Assembly (NCBI GenBank): GCA_963748215.1
Contig: CAVVHS010000002.1
Coordinates: 1-64,000 of the forward strand
Length of the DNA stretch: 64,000 nucleotides
Source: an uncultured Gammaproteobacteria bacterium
GTDB taxonomy: Bacteria; Pseudomonadota; Gammaproteobacteria; UBA9214
Direction of reading: 5' to 3'
Part shown: one piece after another, positions 51,514 through 64,000 of the stretch
Numbering within the stretch: the first letter of the stretch is position 1
Layout of the letters: the number at the start of each line of letters is the position of its first letter
Position numbers and translations under genes: made by a program
The notes under the pieces: model-generated
Seen by the model: the letters and a program-made list of their open reading frames with translations, nothing else
Databases searched by the model: none
Told to the model about the DNA's origin: nothing

Positions 51514-51641
51514 ATCCCGGGCACCGTGAATTCATGGTGTGACTAAAGTAGTGAACCGGGTTTCCGTTTACAAGCGCAGATTGTGCCGGAAACATCACCT
51601 GCACAAAGAGCCGCGCCCTGGCGGTCCATGCAGGGTCGACA

Positions 51642-52520
51642 TCACCGCAGCTCGGCCAGCAGGCTGTCAATCATGCCCTGCGCCTGGCCAAGATAACCGC
51701 CGCCGAACAGGTTAAGGTGATTGAGTACGTGGTAGAGGTTGTACAGCGGCTTGCGTGCACGATAGCCGGGATCCAGCGGCCAGGCCTCTTCGTAGGCGGC
51801 ATAGAAGCCGCTGCCGAAGCCGCCGAACAGTTCGGTCATGGCGATATCGGTCTCGCGGTCGCCATAGTATACCGCCGGGTCGAAGATGGCCGGCTCGCCG
51901 GCCTGCGTCCAGGCATGGTTGCCTGACCACAGGTCGCCGTGCAGCAGCGAGGCAGCCGGGGTGTAGCCATCGAACAGCTGCTGCAAGCCGTCCAGCAATA
52001 ATTCACCCTGCGCCTGCAGGCGCCCGCCGTGACCGTGCTGTGCCGCCAGCTCGAGCTGAAAACGCAGGCGCTGTTCGCGCCAGAACCCGATCCAGTCGTC
52101 AGTCAGCGGGTTGAGCTGCGGCGTCGAGCCGATGGTGTTGTCGCGCTCCCAGCCGTAGCGGTCCTGCGTGATACGGTGCATGGCGGCCAGGCCCGCACCC
52201 AGCGCACGGGCGTTGCCATGCCCGCCGAGTGGCAGGTATTCCAGTACCAGCCAGGCCGACTGCACATCGTTGCCAAAACATACCGGTGCGGGAATCCTCA
52301 ACTCACTGCACTGGCGCAGCGCCGCCAGCCCGGCCGCCTCGGCGGCAAACATGTCCGCCTTTCGCGCATTATTGAGCTTGACGAAGTAATCGGTATCGCC
52401 GTAGCGGATACGGCTTGCCTCGTTGATGCAACCGCCACCGATCGCGCCCTGCTGCTGCAGCTGGGCTGTGACACCGGTCGTCGCGGCGATGTCGTGTGCG
52501 ATGTTTTCCCAGAGAGACAT
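51642..52520 (-). CDS. fructosamine kinase family protein
   Basis: GGCIN, YFVK, LLHGDLWSGN, FDPAVYYGDRE.DIAM..LFGGF, LNHLNLFG. Confidence 0.92.
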   Translation of the reverse strand: MSLWENIAHDIAATTGVTAQLQQQGAIGGGCINEASRIRYGDTDYFVKLNNARKADMFAAEAAGLAALRQCSELRIPAPVCFGNDVQSAWLVLEYLPLGGHGNARALGAGLAAMHRITQDRYGWERDNTIGSTPQLNPLTDDWIGFWREQRLRFQLELAAQHGHGGRLQAQGELLLDGLQQLFDGYTPAASLLHGDLWSGNHAWTQAGEPAIFDPAVYYGDRETDIAMTELFGGFGSGFYAAYEEAWPLDPGYRARKPLYNLYHVLNHLNLFGGGYLGQAQGMIDSLLAELR

Positions 52521-52538
52521 AGTTGACTAACAAATTAA

Positions 52539-52780
52539 GCCACAGAGATCACGGAGGACACAGGGAAAATCCTTGCTGCGGACTCAATCCCGCTGTTAGT
52601 TTCCAACAATATACCTCACCGAGGCATGAATCATCTGTCTCGCGAAGTGACGGGCCAAACGGAAAACCGGCAACCACGGAACGGGCTTAAAAGCTGAAAA
52701 TAATTTGTTTCTCTGTGCATTCCGTGACCTCTGCGGCAAGTATTTGGATTTTCTTTGCGCCTTGGTGTCTAAGCGCGAGA
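52539..52780. repeat. inverted-repeat element related to 25075-25229
   Basis: GCCACAGAGATCACGGAGGACACAGGGAAA ... TTCTCTGTGCATTCCGTGACCTCTGCGGC, plus an extra right arm TTTCTTTGCGCCTTGGTGTCTAAGCGCGAGA. Confidence 0.6.
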
Positions 52781-52793
52781 CTGTTTTCAGCAC

Positions 52794-53687
52794 CTACAGT
52801 GTACGCACCAGCCGCGCCGCGGTCATGCGCCCCAGGCCAAGCCGTTCACACGCTACTGCGACATCCTCCGCATTCACCTTGCGTCGCCGCACGTCACGCA
52901 CGCCGGCACTGAGATCGGGATCGGTCGCGATACCGGTCAGCTTGCGCGCCAGCAATGCCGCCTCGCGATGCTCGCCGAGCAGGCGCTGCACGCGCGCGGC
53001 ACCACGCAGTTTCATATCCGCCACGCGTTCCAGGCCATCGAACAGTGCGTCCAGCGAACCGAATTCCGCCAGCAGCGCCGCGGCGGTCTTGGCACCGATA
53101 CCAGGCACACCGGGAATATTGTCCACCGCGTCACCGGTCAGGGCCAGCCAGTCCGCGACCTGCCCGGCATGCACGCCCAGCCATTCGATAACCTTTTCAT
53201 GGTGATGTTTGCGATTGCGCGAGTAGTCCCACAACAGGTCGCCCGGCGCAAGCAGCTGCGCAAGGTCCTTGTCGGCACTCAGGATTACCACGGAAAACTC
53301 ATGCCGGCGCAGGCGCGCAGCGAGCGTTCCGATCAGGTCATCGGCCTCGAAGCGCGGACTGGAAAACGCTGCAATGCCGAGCACGTCCACCAGCGAGCGG
53401 CAAAAGGCGAACTGCCGTTTCAGTTCCGCCGGCGGTGTTTCGCGGTTGGCCTTGTAGGGCGGGTAGATCTCGTTGCGAAACGAGGTGGTGAGACTTTCGT
53501 CGAATACCACGGCCAGGTGTTCCGGTTTGGCCTCGTCGAGCAGACCGCCCAGGAAACCGGCAAAGCCGTGCAGGGCGTTGATCGGTTCGCCGTCCGCATT
53601 GGTCAGCGTATCGGGGACCGAGTACCAGGCGCGGAAGATGTAGATGCTGGCGTCGACCAGGTAGACGCGCCGCTGGCTGCCTGACAC
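52794..53687 (-). CDS. stand-alone 5'-3' exonuclease / flap endonuclease
   Basis: LVDASIYIFRA, FRNEIYPPYKANR, EADD, SADKD, GDAVDNIPGVPGIGAKTA. Confidence 0.92.
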   Translation of the reverse strand: MSGSQRRVYLVDASIYIFRAWYSVPDTLTNADGEPINALHGFAGFLGGLLDEAKPEHLAVVFDESLTTSFRNEIYPPYKANRETPPAELKRQFAFCRSLVDVLGIAAFSSPRFEADDLIGTLAARLRRHEFSVVILSADKDLAQLLAPGDLLWDYSRNRKHHHEKVIEWLGVHAGQVADWLALTGDAVDNIPGVPGIGAKTAAALLAEFGSLDALFDGLERVADMKLRGAARVQRLLGEHREAALLARKLTGIATDPDLSAGVRDVRRRKVNAEDVAVACERLGLGRMTAARLVRTL

Positions 53688-53694
53688 GTCTCCG

Positions 53695-54294
53695 TCAGCC
53701 GCTCAGCGCCAGCCGTTCGTGCAACGGACTGCTGCGCGGAAAGTGCGCACGCAGGAATTCCATCTGGTCGGCAAGCACGCGCCGACCCTGCAGGTAAATA
53801 TACTCGGCGTGCGTCGGCGTGAATGGCACGGCCAGCAACTGCATGCCGGCCTGTTCCGGTGTGTGTCCGGCCTTGTGATTGTTGCAGCGCCGGCAGGCGG
53901 TGACGACGTTGTTCCAGGCATCCTGTCCACCCTGGATCACCGGCGTCACATGATCGCGCGACAGGTCGCGTACGTGAAAGGTCTCGCCGCAATACAGACA
54001 GAGGCTGGAATCGCGGCGGAACAGCGCCGGGTTGTTGAGTGGCGGCACGTAGGCCGAGCGCAGCTTGAGCAGCTCGCGGTTGCGGCCGTGGGTGGCGATG
54101 ATGGAATTGACCTCGATCACGCTCTGCCTCCCGGTCCTGGCGCAGATCCCGCCATGCACCCGGTACAGCAGCGTGCCGCAGGTATAGGCCACCTGCTCGA
54201 GATGGTAGAGACGAACCGCATCCTGGTAGCCGATCCATTCCAGCGGCATACCGGACACATCGGTGCGCAACACCTGATGACTTAAATCAACCAT
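53695..54294 (-). CDS. HNH endonuclease family protein
   Basis: RRD..CLYCG, DHVTP..QGG...W.NVVTACRRCNNHK. Confidence 0.9.
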   Translation of the reverse strand: MVDLSHQVLRTDVSGMPLEWIGYQDAVRLYHLEQVAYTCGTLLYRVHGGICARTGRQSVIEVNSIIATHGRNRELLKLRSAYVPPLNNPALFRRDSSLCLYCGETFHVRDLSRDHVTPVIQGGQDAWNNVVTACRRCNNHKAGHTPEQAGMQLLAVPFTPTHAEYIYLQGRRVLADQMEFLRAHFPRSSPLHERLALSG

Positions 54295-54498
54295 GCCACT
54301 ACCTCGCGGACCGCATCAGGCAGCTGCCACCTGCAGCCCGCATACCCCTTGTAATTGTGTTTTTTCAGATTTCACCGAAGCCTAGCATGTTCAATAATCG
54401 CGCACCAGACAGGTACCGCGCCGCTACGGATTGTTTTCCTGCACCGCCCGTTACAGTAAGATGAGGCCCATAAAACATAACCGGGGCAGGGACTCACC

Positions 54499-56424
54499 AT
54501 GGCAGACAAGTTGACCTTCCGTCGCTATGCCGACGACGACCACGTCTGGAAGCGCTGGTCCGAGGACATCTTCAACGAAGATACCTCCTACAAGTGCCCG
54601 ACCTACGTCCACCGCACCCCGCCCTGCCAGGGAAGCTGCCCGTCCGGCGAGGACATCCGCGGCTGGCTGCAGATCGTGCGCGGCATCGAGAAACCGCCGG
54701 CCGGCATGCCCTGGCAGGAGTACGCCTTCCGTCGCTCCACCGACGCCAACCCCTTCCCCGCCATCATGGGGCGGGTCTGCCCGGCGCCCTGCCAGGAAGG
54801 CTGCAACCGCAACGAGGTGGAGGACTTCGTCGGCATCAACGCGGTGGAACAGTTCATCGGCGACCATGCCCTGGCCGCCAGGCTCGCCTTTCAGCGCCCG
54901 CCACAGGAGACCGGCAAGCGGGTCGCCATCATCGGCGGCGGCGTGGCGGGCCTGGCAGCCGCCTACCAGCTGCGCCGGCTGGGCCATGGCGCCACCCTCT
55001 TCGACGAGCGCGCGGAACTCGGCGGCATGACCCGCTACGGCATTCCGGGTTACCGCATGCCGCGCGACGTCATGGATGGCGAGATCCAGCGCATTCTCGA
55101 TATGGGCGTGGACGTCCACATGAACACCCGCGTCGGTCGCGACATCAGCTTCGCACAGCTGGAAAAAGACTACGACGCCATCGTGCTGGCCATCGGCGCG
55201 CAGCAGGGTCGCAACCTGGACATCCCCGGCGGCGAGGCACCCAACTGCGTGAGCGGCGTGGCCTTCCTGGCGGCCTTCAACGAGGGCCGCATGCACTTCA
55301 CCGCGGGCAAGGTCGTGGTGATCGGCGGCGGCGACACCGCCATGGACGTGGTCTCGGTGGCACGCCGCCTCGGCCACATCAGCACCACCCACGAAAACGA
55401 TCGCCCGGAGGCAGTCATCCGCAACCATACCGCACATGACGTCGCCGCCACCGCCAGCCGCGAGGGCTCCGAGGTCATGCTGATCTACCGCCGCCCGATC
55501 GAGAACATGCCGGCGGCCGAGCACGAACGCGTAACCGCGAAGAAAGAAGGTATCGAGCTGCGCGGCAATCTGGCGCCGGTGGAACTGGTGCTGGGCGAGG
55601 ACGGCCGCGCCAGGGCGCTGCGCGTCATCGAGGTTGACTGGAGCAGCGGCAGGATGGTCGAGAAGGCCGGCTCGGAATTCGACATCGAGTGCGACCTGGT
55701 CGTACCGGCCGTGGGCCAGTCCGGCGACCTGACCGGCCTGGAGCAGTTCGACAATGGCCGCGGCCTGATCGACGCCGACCAGTTCTTCCAGCTCCCCGAC
55801 AAACCCGGCTACTTCGCCTGCGGCGATATCGTGCGCCCGCACCTGCTGACCACCGCCATCGGCCAGGCAGCTGTCACGGTCGACAGCATCGACCGCTACC
55901 TGCGCGAGGCCGGGACCGGCCGCCGGCCCAAGGTCGACGTGCATCACTTCAACCTGCTGGAGAAACTGCGCGAAACCAGCCTGGCCCCGGCGGAGTATGC
56001 ACACTTCCAGGAGTGGGGCACTGACAGCGCGTCCTATGCGGTGCACAACTACGAGGACCGCTCGCAGAGCGAAATCATCCCGCACGAACTGCTCTACCTG
56101 GGACATTTCCCGTTCACACCGCGCAACCAGCGTCTCGAGACCGGTGTCGGCGCCGACCAGGTGCTGGGCCATTTCGAGGAACGCTTCCGCGGCCTGGGCG
56201 AGGAACAGGCACAGGCCGAAGCCGAACGCTGCATGAGCTGCGGCATGTGCTTCGAGTGCGACAACTGCGTGATCTACTGCCCGCAGGACGCCGTAAAGCG
56301 CACGCCGAAGGACCGCGCGACCATGGGCCGCTACGTATACACCGATTATGACCGCTGCATCGGCTGCCACATCTGCGCCGAGGTCTGCCCGACCGGTTAC
56401 ATCAACATGGGCATGGGTGCCTGA
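54499..56424 (+). CDS. dsrL: DsrL-like iron-sulfur flavoprotein NAD(P)H oxidoreductase
   Basis: KCPTYVHRTPPCQGSCPSGEDIRGWL..VRGIEKPP, GGGVAG, GGGDT, RPHLLTTAIG, RCMSCGMCFECDNC and CIGCHICAEVCP ferredoxin domain. Confidence 0.88.
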   Translation: MADKLTFRRYADDDHVWKRWSEDIFNEDTSYKCPTYVHRTPPCQGSCPSGEDIRGWLQIVRGIEKPPAGMPWQEYAFRRSTDANPFPAIMGRVCPAPCQEGCNRNEVEDFVGINAVEQFIGDHALAARLAFQRPPQETGKRVAIIGGGVAGLAAAYQLRRLGHGATLFDERAELGGMTRYGIPGYRMPRDVMDGEIQRILDMGVDVHMNTRVGRDISFAQLEKDYDAIVLAIGAQQGRNLDIPGGEAPNCVSGVAFLAAFNEGRMHFTAGKVVVIGGGDTAMDVVSVARRLGHISTTHENDRPEAVIRNHTAHDVAATASREGSEVMLIYRRPIENMPAAEHERVTAKKEGIELRGNLAPVELVLGEDGRARALRVIEVDWSSGRMVEKAGSEFDIECDLVVPAVGQSGDLTGLEQFDNGRGLIDADQFFQLPDKPGYFACGDIVRPHLLTTAIGQAAVTVDSIDRYLREAGTGRRPKVDVHHFNLLEKLRETSLAPAEYAHFQEWGTDSASYAVHNYEDRSQSEIIPHELLYLGHFPFTPRNQRLETGVGADQVLGHFEERFRGLGEEQAQAEAERCMSCGMCFECDNCVIYCPQDAVKRTPKDRATMGRYVYTDYDRCIGCHICAEVCPTGYINMGMGA

Positions 56425-56684
56425 TTCAAGGGGGGGCGGCCAGCGCCGATAATTCAGCCCGTGACCAGGAATCGAAAAATATATCACCTGCGAACCACTT
56501 GTTTGCGTGCAGCGAGTTAACAGAAACGTGAAACAGAGCACTTTTTTTCTGAATTGAAATGGGCTAATATTCCCAAACCTGTCGGGACGCAGCACCCTCA
56601 AGAACTGCTGACCGGCACCCGTAAACAACCTGACATGTAACTTGCCCCGGGCCGCAGGCACGACAAGTCGCATCGGAGATCGCT

Positions 56685-57818
56685 ATGCCGATACGAATTG
56701 CCGTGCCCGATGAACTGACCCCCGATGAGCGCCGCGTCGCGCTCGTTCCCTCCGTCGCCGAACTGCTGTCGAATCAAGGCTTGCAGGTCCGCATCCAGGC
56801 CGGCGCCGGCTGCGCCGCCTACTACCGTGACCGCGATTACACCACCGCCGAAATCGTGGAGGACCGGGCAACATTGCTCGGCGAGGCGGACATCGTACTG
56901 ACGGTGGACCCGCTTGAGCTGAAAGACATCGCCCTGCTTCGCGAGGGCACCATTGTTATCGGCTTTCTGCACCCGCACGAATTCGACGACCGCATCAGTG
57001 CCCTGCGCGACCACAACATCACCGGCTTTGCCATGGAACTGGTCCCGCGCATCTCGCGCGCCCAGAACATGGATGCGCTCTCGTCGCAGGCCTCGATCGG
57101 CGGCTACAAGGCGGCACTGATGGCGGCGAATCGCACAGCGCGCTTCTTCCCCATGCTGACCACGGCCGCCGGCACCATCCGGCCGGCCAAGGTGCTGATC
57201 ATCGGTGTCGGCGTGGCCGGCCTGCAGGCCATCGCGACGGCAAAACGGCTCGGCGCCAGGGTCGAGGCCTACGACGTACGCCCGGAAACGCGTGAACAGG
57301 TCGAATCGCTGGGCGCGAAGTTCGTCGATGTGAAGGTCAATGCCGTCGGCGAGGGCGGCTATGCCCGCGAGCTGTCCGAGGATGAAAAACGTCAGGAAAT
57401 GGAAGTGCTTGCAGAGCACGTGGCGCAGGCCGATGCCATTATCTCGACCGCCGGCGTGCCCGGGCGACCTGCGCCGAAGATCATCACCACCGCCATGGTC
57501 GAGCAGATGAAGCCCGGCGCGGTCATCATCGACCTGGCCGCCTACAGCGGCGGCAACTGCGAGCTGACCATTCCCGGCGAATCCTTCGGCCATGAACTGG
57601 TCATGATCTACGGTCCGCTCAACGTGCCGGCCATGATGCCGGTGCACGCCAGCGAGATGTACGCCAAGAACCTCTACAACTTCCTGTCGCTGATCGTTCA
57701 CGACGGCGAAATCAAGCCGGACTGGGAGGACGAGATCGTCGCCAGCAGCGTGCTGACCCGCGACCGGAAGATCCAGCATGAACTCACCCGGCAACGGATC
57801 GAAGGAGGTGCCGCATGA
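56685..57818 (+). CDS. pntA: NAD(P) transhydrogenase alpha subunit, part 1
   Basis: ERRVAL, PRISRAQNMDALSSQ, FPMLTTAAGT, GVGVAGL, GGYA, GGNC. Confidence 0.95.
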   Translation: MPIRIAVPDELTPDERRVALVPSVAELLSNQGLQVRIQAGAGCAAYYRDRDYTTAEIVEDRATLLGEADIVLTVDPLELKDIALLREGTIVIGFLHPHEFDDRISALRDHNITGFAMELVPRISRAQNMDALSSQASIGGYKAALMAANRTARFFPMLTTAAGTIRPAKVLIIGVGVAGLQAIATAKRLGARVEAYDVRPETREQVESLGAKFVDVKVNAVGEGGYARELSEDEKRQEMEVLAEHVAQADAIISTAGVPGRPAPKIITTAMVEQMKPGAVIIDLAAYSGGNCELTIPGESFGHELVMIYGPLNVPAMMPVHASEMYAKNLYNFLSLIVHDGEIKPDWEDEIVASSVLTRDRKIQHELTRQRIEGGAA

Positions 57819-58107
57819 TTGCCGGCATGACAGCACTCTATATCTTCATGCTCGCGGCCTTTACCGGCTACGAGATCATCAGCCGGGTCCCGGTCATCCT
57901 GCACACGCCGCTGATGTCCGGTTCCAACTTCGTGCACGGCATCGTGCTGGTCGGCGCCATGGTCGTCATGGGTCATGCCCACAGCCCGCTGGAGCAGGTC
58001 ATCGGCTTCCTCGGCGTCATGCTGGCGGCCGGCAACGCGGTCGGCGGCTACGTCGTCACGGAACGCATGCTGGACATGTTCAAGAGCAGCAAGAAGGGGG
58101 CAAAATA

Positions 58108-58108
<1 letters not shown>
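57815..58108 (+). CDS. pntA: NAD(P) transhydrogenase alpha subunit, part 2 (membrane)
   Basis: LHTPLMSGSN, GGYVVTERMLDMF. Confidence 0.93.
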
Positions 58109-59478
<1,370 letters not shown>

Positions 59479-59490
59479 GCACCGACCGGA

Positions 59491-59527
59491 CCGACCCGCA
59501 GTCCAGCCACGACGGACTGCGGGTCGG
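59491..59527 (+). terminator. hairpin after pntB (probable terminator)
   Basis: 14-bp perfect stem CCGACCCGCAGTCC / GGACTGCGGGTCGG. Confidence 0.65.
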
Positions 59528-59759
59528 TTAGTATTTCTCGCCGACATCAATCCCTCTCCGGCAACGCAGTGCTATCATGGCCCGCGCCTTACCCGATCCG
59601 GCGGACCGGGCATTCTGATCGTGGCTCAAAATGGTGCATAAATTCCCCCGTTTATAGCCTGTAAATTGACGCTGAACGACCCGCAAACCACCGCGAACGA
59701 CAATCGCCACGGCTGCGCTTATACACAGCGGGCGGTTGACAAGGGAAAATCGCCGTCAA

Positions 59760-59773
59760 TTGATCCGGATCAA
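59760..59773. promoter_or_regulatory. FNR/Anr-type binding site
   Basis: perfect TTGAT-N4-ATCAA. Confidence 0.55.
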
Positions 59774-59894
59774 TATTAGCAGCTTATAATTTATTGCATC
59801 TTATTGATATTATACATAATTATTAAATGGATAAAAATCAGCCAATCTAACATCTGTGCTGAAAATATAGGGGTTTGGCTAGCTTTACCCCAAA

Positions 59895-59929
59895 CAATCC
59901 ACAAAGTTATCCACAGGTTTTGTGGATAA
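59895..59929. promoter_or_regulatory. DARS-like DnaA-box triplet
   Basis: CAATCCACA-N3-TTATCCACA-N5-TGTGGATAA; further box TTATACACA at 59719-59727. Confidence 0.7.
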
Positions 59930-60038
59930 CAAACCCTGCTCAATTGGATGAAGAGCTTAGCTCTCAATAGTGAGAAGTTTTCTCAATCAGTGACTGTAAA
60001 GTGACTTTGTCACCACGCCATTTTCACCTGACCTCGCC

Positions 60039-62234
<2,196 letters not shown>

Positions 62235-62312
62235 CCGGTTGCAAGATATCCGGCGGGCCGGATAATAACCGGCTTGGCCCTGCGCGGCACCGTTCCTGTC
62301 GGAGTGTCTAGG

Positions 62313-62474
62313 TGTAGGAGCGGATCTCATCCGCGATTGACTTTCCGGACAGGTCATCGCGGATGTTATCCGCTCCCGCACAGGTGCATTTATGAATGAA
62401 TATTGTGGTAGGAGCGCTTCTCAAGCGCGATCGTCTTTCCGGACAGCTCATCGCGGATGAGATCCGCTCCTACA
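62313..62474. repeat. two GTAG-family REP doublets (REPIN-like)
   Basis: GTAGGAGCGGATCTCATCCGCGAT...ATCGCGGATGAGATCCGCTCCTAC type pairs with a shared CTTTCCGGACAG spacer. Confidence 0.8.
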
Positions 62475-62550
62475 GATGCAATTGTGGTCGCACGGGTCCG
62501 ACCCAATACCTAATTCGCGCGGCTCGGCCGCGCCCGCATATCAGGATCAC

Positions 62551-64000
62551 GTGAAAGAACATATCTCCAGCATACTGGCCGACGCGGTGTACCGGTTGCA
62601 GCTCGCCGGGTCGCTGCCCTCCGCAGACCTGCCGGACATCCAGGTCGAGCGCACGCGCGAGCGTGCACACGGCGATTTCGCGACCAACTTCGCCATGCTG
62701 CTGGCGAAGCCGGCACGACGCAAGCCGCGTGAACTGGCCGAGCTGCTGGTGGCTGCCATCGAGCCCGGCGCCGGGATCAGCCGCATTGAGATCGCCGGCC
62801 CCGGCTTCATCAACTTCTACCTGGCTGCCAACGCCTGGCACGGCGTGGTACGCGACGCGCTGGAGCACGGCGCCGGGTTCGGTCGCAGCAAGCACGGCAC
62901 GGGCCAGCGCGTGCAGGTCGAATTCGTCTCCGCCAATCCCACCGGGCCGCTGCACGTCGGCCACGGCCGCGGCGCGGCCTACGGCGCCGCCGTCGCCGAC
63001 CTGCTCGAGGCGATCGGGTTCGACGTGCACCGCGAATACTACGTGAACGATGCCGGCCGCCAGATGGACATCCTCGCCGCCAGCGTCTACCTGCGTTACC
63101 TCGAACTGTGTGGCGATACCGTGGTGTTCCCGGCCAACGGCTACCAGGGCGATTACGTGTGGGACATCGCTGCCACGCTGCATCGCGAAGGTGGCGACGT
63201 GCTGCGTCATCCGGCGGACGTGGTGTTCGAGGGCGTACCGCCAGACGCGCCGGCAGGCGGCGACAAGGAAGAACACATCGACGGTCTTATCGAACGCATC
63301 AAGGATCTGCTCGACGCCAGTAACTACCGCCACGTCTTCGACGAGGGACTTGGCGCCATCCTCGACGACATTCGCCGCGACCTCGGGGAATTTGGCGTGA
63401 CCTATGACGAGTGGTTCTCGGAACGCTCGCTGACCGAAAGCAACGCGGTCATGCGCTGCATGGACCGGCTGCGGGACAGCGGCCACGTCTACGAAAAGGA
63501 TGGCGCACAGTGGTTCCGTTCCACTGACTACGGCGACGAAAAAGACCGCGTCATCGTGCGCGACAACGGCCAGACCACCTACTTTGCCTCCGACATCGCC
63601 TACCACGCCAACAAGCTGGAGCGCGGCTACCACCGCGTTATCGACATCTGGGGCGCCGATCACCACGGCTACGTGCCGCGCGTGAAGGCCGCACTCAGCG
63701 CGCTGGGCGACGATCCCGGCCGGCTCGATGTGCTGCTGGTGCAGTTCGCGATCCTCTACCGCCATGGCGAGAAGGTGCAGATGTCGACGCGCTCCGGCGA
63801 ATTCGTCACGCTGCGCGAACTGCGCCACGAGGTCGGCAACGATGCCGCGCGCTTCTTCTACGTCATGCGCAAGTGCGAACAGCACATGGACTTCGACCTG
63901 GACCTCGCCAAGTCAGAGTCCAACGACAACCCGGTGTACTACATCCAGTATGCGCATGCGCGCGTGCGCAGCGTGTTTCGCCAGCTCGCCGAAAAACAGC
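62551..64000 (+). CDS. argS: arginine--tRNA ligase (partial, runs off window)
   Basis: GTG start MKEHIS; [61 protein letters not shown]. Confidence 0.96.
   Translation, partial: MKEHISSILADAVYRLQLAGSLPSADLPDIQVERTRERAHGDFATNFAMLLAKPARRKPRELAELLVAAIEPGAGISRIEIAGPGFINFYLAANAWHGVVRDALEHGAGFGRSKHGTGQRVQVEFVSANPTGPLHVGHGRGAAYGAAVADLLEAIGFDVHREYYVNDAGRQMDILAASVYLRYLELCGDTVVFPANGYQGDYVWDIAATLHREGGDVLRHPADVVFEGVPPDAPAGGDKEEHIDGLIERIKDLLDASNYRHVFDEGLGAILDDIRRDLGEFGVTYDEWFSERSLTESNAVMRCMDRLRDSGHVYEKDGAQWFRSTDYGDEKDRVIVRDNGQTTYFASDIAYHANKLERGYHRVIDIWGADHHGYVPRVKAALSALGDDPGRLDVLLVQFAILYRHGEKVQMSTRSGEFVTLRELRHEVGNDAARFFYVMRKCEQHMDFDLDLAKSESNDNPVYYIQYAHARVRSVFRQLAEKQ

Noticed and set aside
53695-54294. 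HNH gene as a defence or mobile element marker
   Set aside because: No methylase, integrase or compositional shift nearby; it looks like a conserved chromosomal HNH protein.
54451-56673. 740-aa minus-strand ORF (similar shadows at 58048-59550 and 62470-63885)
   Set aside because: Antisense to dsrL, pntB and argS, which have clear family motifs.
59700-59940. oriC
   Set aside because: Only four boxes, no dnaA or gidA context, and the spacing fits a DARS core better; GC skew is needed to exclude it fully.

Overview
GC-rich gammaproteobacterial chromosome segment, probably from a sulfur oxidizer because it carries a dsrL homolog. Most of it is conserved core genes: spoT-rpoZ-gmk-yicC, rph-rdgB-hemW, rpmE, mdh, mrcA/pilMNOPQ-aroKB-dgt, gltBD, hemE, trkHA, pntAAB, priA and a partial argS. 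Four genes (rpoZ, rdgB, hemW, gltB) carry single-base homopolymer frameshifts that look like sequencing errors. The most interesting locus is 42.1-48.8 kb. It encodes a signal-peptide-bearing dikinase with the domain order of plant glucan/phosphoglucan water dikinases (phospho-His domain, then C-terminal ATP-grasp domain), an NTT/TLC-type nucleotide translocase, and two exported penicillin-binding/beta-lactamase-fold serine enzymes. Together these are a candidate system for ATP export and extracytoplasmic phosphorylation. Other notable signals: an orphan dsrL with a YRR (NADP-type) motif next to the transhydrogenase, a DARS-like DnaA-box triplet upstream of priA, two copies of a MITE-like element whose internal 74-bp module is inverted between copies, and a candidate GGA-rich structured sRNA between hemE and trkH. 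All calls come from reading the sequence and motifs by eye; no searches were run.
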